64,000 nt of DNA from Pseudomonadales bacterium (GTDB lineage: Bacteria; Patescibacteriota; Microgenomatia; UBA1400; PJMF01), in assembly GCA_020632265.1 (NCBI GenBank), contig JACKFW010000001.1, forward strand, positions 727,272-791,271. Direction: 5' to 3'. Every line of letters begins with the position of its first letter. Within the stretch, counting starts at the first letter, position 1. The translations under genes were made by a program, and so were the position numbers. Of this stretch, positions 62,101-64,000 are shown one piece after another. The notes beneath the pieces are model-generated. The model had not been told where the DNA came from, ran no database searches, and saw nothing but the letters and a program-made list of their open reading frames with translations.

Positions 62101-64000
62101 GTTTGTAGCCCGGGGTTACAGAGCCCACACCAACGTTTCCACCCCCCGTGAGTGCTTGTACGGTTAAAATATTTTGATCGCCGTTCTTGACGTTAAGGAG
62201 CGAAATGTTATTGCGATATCCAGAGCCTCCATCAATTTGGACAACTGTTCCCGTGAGAGTATCACCAATTTGATTTGTGAGTAGATGCTGAAGGGTCGTG
62301 TTATTCGATTGATACATTATAGTAGCACCACTAAAGATTCTTGGTTTAGATTCAGTTCCATCAATAAGAAGGAGAGAGCCATTTGGAGGATGAAATGCCG
62401 TGATACCAACAACGTCGAGAGTATAGCCAGGAGCAGTAGAACCAATCCCCACATTGCCGTTGTCTAGAATCACCACTTCACTCGTGGTATCGCCATCAGG
62501 ATCAAAGCCAAGATAATTACTAGTGGTGTTGTATCCTAGAATTGCTTCGTTACCATCGTCACCAATATGAATACTCGAACCTTTGACAAATAACTCAGTC
62601 CAACGAGAACTTGAAGAACCAAGACTACTGACTCCATCAGCAGCAGGTAAGAAATCATCTGAAGCTATTAAATCGGAACCATTCCATCTCAAATACTCAG
62701 TTGCACCATTGCCAAAGTAGAGATAATTAGCTAACTCAATATCACCTGCTACATCTAACAATTGGCTAGCAGTCGTCGTCCCAATCCCCACATTCCCCCC
62801 AAAGTATGCTTTGCCATTACTCTGCAACAAGATATCGGCACTAGCAGTACTGGTGCCACCAATAGCTAGATCAACTACACTAGCTAGTTCATTTTTGGGA
62901 TGCAAGACATTCAGTGTGTTTGCCCAAATGTTAGAAACAGCTAGGGTAGCAGGATCTGTCCAGGTATTAGCACCACCAGCAGAGGAGGTGAGTAAATAGC
63001 CACTTGTACCAGCACTACCAGCGACTCTAATAGCATCAGTTAAGTTTAATTCACCGACAACATCGAGAGCGTAGCCGGGAGTGGTGGAACCGATACCGAC
63101 GTTGCCGGTATTGGCTACAAATAGAGTTGGAGTTGAATCTGCTGCAGTACCACCAATACCAACATTACCTCCTTGGTTTAAAAAGAGGTTCCACTGATTA
63201 CTAGTTTGAAACCCAAGATTAATACCACTTGCGTTGACAATTTTATTACCCGTTCCATTAAATAACAGAGAACTTCCAGCAGAGAGCTGTATATTTCCAG
63301 CAACATCTAGCTTTTGTCCGGGGCTGACAGTCCCAATCCCAACATTGCCAGCATTTTGAATTACAAATCTATTTGTTCCAGAAGCTGAAGCAACAAAGAT
63401 GTTTTGATCACCTGTTTCATTGAGGATGGTCAGGGCTTTGCCGGTGGCTTTACCTGAAACATTGAGTAGTCCAATTGGAGTAGTAGTACCTATGCCAATA
63501 TTTCCATTGTTTTGAATCACAAATCTATTTGTTCCAGAAGCTGAAGCAACAAAGATGTTTTGATCACCTGTTTCATTGAGGATAGTCAGGGCTTTGCCGG
63601 TGGCTTTACCAGAAACATTGAGTAGTCCAATTGGAGTAGTAGTACCTATGCCAATATTTCCATTGTTTTGAATCACAAATCTATTTGTTCCAGAAGCTGA
63701 AGCAACAAAGATGTTTTGGTTGCCGGTTTCATTGAGGATAGTCAGGGCTTTGCCGGTTGCTTTACCCGAAACATTGAGTAATCCAGTTGCAGTCGTCGTC
63801 CCAATCCCCACATTCCCCCCGAAGTATGCTTTCCCATTACTCTGTAACAAGATGTCGGCACTAGCAGTACTGGTGCCACCAATAGCTAGATCAACTACAC
63901 TTGCCAACTCATTCTTGGGATGCAAGACATTCAGTGTGTTTGCCCAAATGTTAGAAACAGCTAGGGTAGCAGGATCTGTCCAAGTATTAGCGCCACCCGC
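50171..64000 (-). CDS. Giant repetitive fibre-like surface protein, 5'-partial (more than 4584 aa; the frame is open to the window edge). Many ~50-aa Gly/Thr/Asn-rich repeats, with a Peptidase S74-like intramolecular chaperone/autoproteolysis domain about 640 aa from the C-terminus.
   Basis: Single open frame 50171..64000. Modules recur, including GNVGIGTTTPIGLLNVSGKATGKALTILNETGDQNIFVASASGTNRFVIQN, HPKNELASVVDLAIGGTSTASADILLQSNGKAYFGGNVGIG and YALDVVGELNLTDAIRVAGNAGTSGYLLTSSAGGANTWTDPA. SDIRLKENI... is at about 52213-52240 (minus strand). Confidence 0.8.
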   Translation of the reverse strand, partial: AGGANTWTDPATLAVSNIWANTLNVLHPKNELASVVDLAIGGTSTASADILLQSNGKAYFGGNVGIGTTTATGLLNVSGKATGKALTILNETGNQNIFVASASGTNRFVIQNNGNIGIGTTTPIGLLNVSGKATGKALTILNETGDQNIFVASASGTNRFVIQNNGNIGIGTTTPIGLLNVSGKATGKALTILNETGDQNIFVASASGTNRFVIQNAGNVGIGTVSPGQKLDVAGNIQLSAGSSLLFNGTGNKIVNASGINLGFQTSNQWNLFLNQGGNVGIGGTAADSTPTLFVANTGNVGIGSTTPGYALDVVGELNLTDAIRVAGSAGTSGYLLTSSAGGANTWTDPATLAVSNIWANTLNVLHPKNELASVVDLAIGGTSTASADILLQSNGKAYFGGNVGIGTTTASQLLDVAGDIELANYLYFGNGATEYLRWNGSDLIASDDFLPAADGVSSLGSSSSRWTELFVKGSSIHIGDDGNEAILGYNTTSNYLGFDPDGDTTSEVVILDNGNVGIGSTAPGYTLDVVGITAFHPPNGSLLLIDGTESKPRIFSGATIMYQSNNTTLQHLLTNQIGDTLTGTVVQIDGGSGYRNNISLLNVKNGDQNILTVQALTGGGNVGVGSVTPGYKLDVVGDVNMSGAVRAGGNAGTAGYLLTSSGGGANTWTDPATLGSGFSLWSNTANVLHPKNELASVVDLAIGGTSTASADILLQSNGKAYFGGNVGIGSTSPESILAMPGNNVITFSGVSAQDQDSSVGTDIYDNLQFRFGGGAGKSVQFLAGSTNLLSIAYSGATFNDAGVDSNFRIESDTDENTFYLDGGTSNVGIGTNIPQAKLEVAASIDSTSMILGSSAGIAFAIAKPSEGYGLYFGRSGSGDSWIQAGRTSTAIAYSMNLQASGGNVGIGTTSAIGKLNVSGKATGKALTILNETGDQNIFVASASGTNRFVIQNAGNVGIGTVSPGQKLDVAGNIQLSAGSSLLFNGTGNKIVNASGINLGFQTSNQWNLFLNQGGNVGIGGTAADSTPTLFVANTGNVGIGSTTPGYALDVVGELNLTDAIRVAGSAGTSGYLLTSSAGGANTWTDPATLAVSNIWANTLNVLHPKNELASVVDLAIGGTSTASADILLQSNGKAYFGGNVGIGTTTASQLLDVAGDIELANYLYFGNGATEYLRWNGSDLIASDDFLPAADGVSSLGSSSSRWTELFVKGSSIHIGDDGNEAILGYNTTSNYLGFDPDGDTTSEVVILDNGNVGIGTTTPIGLLNVSGKATGKALTILNETGDQNIFVASASGTNRFVIQNDGNIGIGTASPTHKLAVNGSGSFSQGIYARSTTSSDSYYFGQHPSKSEVLSIHSEIRPIVISASNNNGDYISFETGTTLTERLRITDAGNVGIGSTTPGYALDVVGELNLTDAIRVAGNAGTSGYLLTSSAGGANTWTDPATLAVSNIWANTLNVLHPKNELASVVDLAIGGTSTASADILLQSNGKAYFGGNVGIGTTTAGAKLQINTGADAAIGQIIKANSGSQTANLQEWQNSSGTPLSFISGTGRLEANLGTGNTNFFAGYLAGNSTNTGNNNVAIGYLSQTALTSGTKNISLGSYSLQAVTTGYSNFGLGRSALQNLTEGGNNVAIGDLALNTSTTELNNVAIGIQALTSLNWPGVGNSNSAIGYQVGNNLIQTRNATLVGNQAGYGATNTSSSNLTAIGYQAGYQGSVGSVMIGYQAGSNETGSNRLYIANSNTATPLIYGLFSGTGAGLTIHSQATDGVPLRVKGIASQASNLQEWQNSAGTVLGAVDENGNIGIGSSNPGYALDVVGELNLTDAIRVAGNAGTSGYLLTSSAGGANTWTDPASLGSGFSLWSNTANVLHPKNELASVVDLAIGGTSTASADILLQSNGKAYFGGNVGIGTTNPTQAAQINGILKVGNFTENYTTGYDIITNQYIKATGYNLRPPTMGDGGFTGFKSNDSGNTNISVWAGNNEVAVFDGYGNSTDSVLRLHGTVFNPSSGTGQKKYLDISPTISTSGTYDGSVVGIDYNPTVTSLTGSHYAALFRVGNVGIGTTTPIGLLNVSGKATGKALTILNETGDQNIFAASASGTNRFVIQNGGNVGIGTVSPGQKLDVAGNIQLSAGSSLLFNGTGNKIVNASGINLGFQTSNQWNLFLNQGGNVGIGGTAADSTPTLFVANTGNVGIGSTTPGYALDVVGELNLTDAIRVAGNAGTSGYLLTSSAGGANTWTDPATLAVSNIWANTLNVLHPKNELASVVDLAIGGTSTASADILLQSNGKAYFGGNVGIGTTTPGGTLELASGQLLLPNGTAAAPSLSFTNASGVGIRQNGAAIFFSKSGADLLGINNATAALAIQAGYALGFNSATGPSAFLLSDEANNISLRNSTNAQSFRIYNTYSSGTSYERGDFYWNSNVLNIGTSKGSSGGSARDLALLTDGTQRMIVNSSGNIGIGTTTPIGLLNISGKATGKALTILNETGNQDIFAASASGTNRFVIQNVGNVGIGSTAPGYTLDVVGELNLTDAIRVAGSAGTSGYLLTSSAGGANTWTDPASLGSGFSLWSNTANVLHPKDELASVVDLAIGGTSTASADILLQSNGKAYFGGNVGIGTNAPSQKLEIAGNLRTTGYLYFDNPTGSDLYIRRSAVNTMSFWAGSGPMTWQGTHLILGQWGSDVALSGPDAGLTNRYGQWLSIRSGTSWGSGAAAGLKFFYSPTGTAGGGTNGYIEGMRLDGNGNVGIGSTAPGYALDVVGELNLTDAIRVAGNAGTSGYLLTSSAGGANTWTDPATLAVSNIWANTLNVLHPKNELASVVDLAIGGTSTASADILLQSNGKAYFGGNVGIGTTNSGLNSTLAIKSSGSDDIIKFINPSNETLMSLTYNSGSGIWAAGTNKDIEFRTSATTGKKISFKTLSSSDSIRFSNSSDYSVFTSFEDRNVTIGHSVTPTGSLTIQTHTISTPTIAIKSITSQTANLTEWQNSAGTVLGAVDENGNIGIGSSNPGYALDVVGELNLTDAIRVAGNAGTSGYLLTSSAGGANTWTDPASLGSGFSLWSNTANVLHPKNELAGVVDLAIGGTSTASANIHLLANGSAIFNEQGSNADFRIEASGKTNALFLQGSSGNIGIGTNTPVGLLNIEGKVTGKSLFILNETGDQPIISASASGVLKFQVARDGFVYAERFVDNTNSSYYLDPASGGNSLLVAGNVGIGTTTGGYKLDLLDAGTTQTVRIKDSGGSGSMFLGARKLGFEAATIPGSIYSSISTPNSNGWPLEIYSRGYVNIYGIGGTSGNAVYSTGWINDGASAIAHQFRTGESFVTAGAKIISFINYTTEKAFINKDGGAYFGSNVGIGSTAPGYALDVVGELNLTDAIRVAGNAGTSGYLLTSSAGGANTWTDPASLGSGFSLWSNTANVLHPKNELASVVDLAIGGTSTASADILLQSNGKAYFGGNVGIGTTTAGAKLQINTGADAAIGQIIKANSGSQTANLQEWQDSSGNPKLTIDANGKLSMYGQLTSSWTQTAATDAQSAIFNWVIDPTSAGGNYSSVYGSAIHSNAQTISSLYGMNYLVSQQGDGTIAAATGVNTGVSSGTGKTITSPTGINILNQLSGSSTTVKGLNISQSVNSASNLYQLYVSAPTTTSVTSNYGIFVGDQQPSGTSTGIALYTGTQSGWTLYSTGGQSMHAGNIKFGAVATADRPVDITGATIIRGAADTQQFIVKGHSSQTANLTEWQNSAGTVLGIVNGNGNIGIGTSTAGVKLHINADGGSIPTLSSGTNFVANESSAASDNSFISVISGNTGNAGILFGDTDRDDSGRIQYEHGKDALSFFSNDTLAAILDNAGNFGVGQNSPTAKLEVIVDSANYVSKFFNDGNNANRLGLLIKAGADSGSGTLIQFNDGDGTDVGEITFSGTTTTYGTSSDIRLKENIRETNFSLADLLQVEVKDYEFISEDSKRTHTGFIAQQLAQIYPEAVYIPENPDEYWSVDYGKLTPLLVKAVQEQQLSLNSVTEQLSHIDPMIEIANTNDVVINEDNIVLNKYNVSSSQGLISKIALFSETVVGNIQAGMINTKKLVVQSTASINNLSVNSLTIGGKSITNYVTDIINNVTAGTTNDNSTLISPIGDDTAIKIDSDSGSVLFKNNTDVSVAQLSNKGDLNLSGSLTTQGNATISGSIKSSTLLSNELKTSIATISGKLSANEINASKTNLGILLAQEATISGSLNVANNATISGTLLANKVEATSARITALEAGIAELEKIKANTAEIVTATISGTLYADNIYNFEQTITNTLQTPGLLDLLIGKDSTTSASYMEELYDVINKSEFGATTSAQLDLSISDLSFLGNDVTLTGSSLFIEKYFKVNGAGYISDSLAVGNSIFVNNSLIIGTKDTNTSISNGIIAYNSISPDDQILKIQPQGKGSIELLAGIVTINDSGMVTVNGNFESTGDVKVGKTLLANLIKPTDFGNPFQVQVAGVDTQSGNIKESRFEIINEVGAPVATFSAQGKAEFAGGIGIGSQDLGSSTTNELNSEKTSGKATIKANASQVKIKSSSITDKTLIYVTAVGSTGNQVLYVKEQTAENQETPINEGEFVVGFDQATSSDVSFNWWLVN
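60570..63350. repeat. Near-exact 2.2-kb direct duplication inside the giant gene
   Basis: Identical antisense ORF fragments at 60600..60788 and 62811..62999, with the same peptide and a 2211-nt offset. Hundreds of bp of flanking identity are visible by eye. A third, more diverged copy lies around 57100..57700. Confidence 0.8.

Noticed and set aside
52411-62999. Many 60-160-aa plus-strand ORFs inside the giant gene (e.g. 55257..55748, 56931..57404, 59430..59798, 60600..60788, 62811..62999) encoding repeated ...PLLCNKISALAVLVPPIARSTTLA... peptides
   Set aside because: They are antisense shadows of the repetitive minus-strand coding sequence. The same peptide recurs only because the sense repeat recurs. 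They have no independent start or RBS context and are fully nested in a 13.8-kb ORF.
1-64000. Alternative genetic code (UGA recoding as in some reduced-genome lineages)
   Set aside because: Long housekeeping ORFs (dnaA, valS, rho, radA, VirB4) are intact and full-length under the standard stop set, so there is no indication that UGA is read through.

Overview
This is an AT-rich, gene-dense bacterial chromosome segment, with G+C roughly one-third by eye. It spans the replication-origin neighbourhood: dnaA, dnaN, rpmH, rnpA, yidD, yidC, jag and rnhA, with DnaA boxes on both sides of dnaA. The compact gene set, the many unannotatable proteins, short YidC, membrane-tethered solute-binding protein and clustered type IV pilins suggest a reduced-genome (CPR/Patescibacteria-like) monoderm organism (inference). 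Long intact ORFs argue for the standard genetic code. Housekeeping genes recognised from motifs are rplY, valS, radA, rho, obg, a VanW-family protein, a LysM/M23 endopeptidase, an ABC-type solute-binding protein and a TagD-like cytidylyltransferase.

Three accessory blocks stand out.
1. Positions 1..18381, directly upstream of dnaA/oriC, hold a type IV secretion-like cluster with Gram-positive-style architecture. It contains a VirB4/TrbE-like ATPase, a VirB3-like small membrane protein, a VirB6-like polytopic protein, a 1359-aa membrane-anchored M23 cell-wall hydrolase, and large unannotatable proteins.
2. About 20 kb away there is a VirD4/HerA-superfamily coupling-type ATPase. It is split into two ORFs by a frameshift that maps to a window containing an A6 homopolymer.
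3. Three tandem prepilin-type (type IV pilin-like) genes are followed by a 23-nt tandem repeat array and then a giant gene. The giant gene is more than 4584 codons long, lies on the minus strand and runs off the window edge. It encodes tens of near-identical roughly 50-aa fibre-like repeats and contains kb-scale exact DNA duplications. It also carries a phage-tail-fibre-type intramolecular chaperone/autoproteolysis (Peptidase S74-like, SDxRLKENI) domain about 640 aa before the C-terminus.

Smaller observations are in-frame tandem repeat insertions in valS and rho, an intergenic 31-nt repeat array upstream of radA, two bidirectional intrinsic terminators, and an 860-bp noncoding desert with a GC-rich hairpin upstream of rho. 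No tRNA, rRNA or CRISPR array was found by eye.
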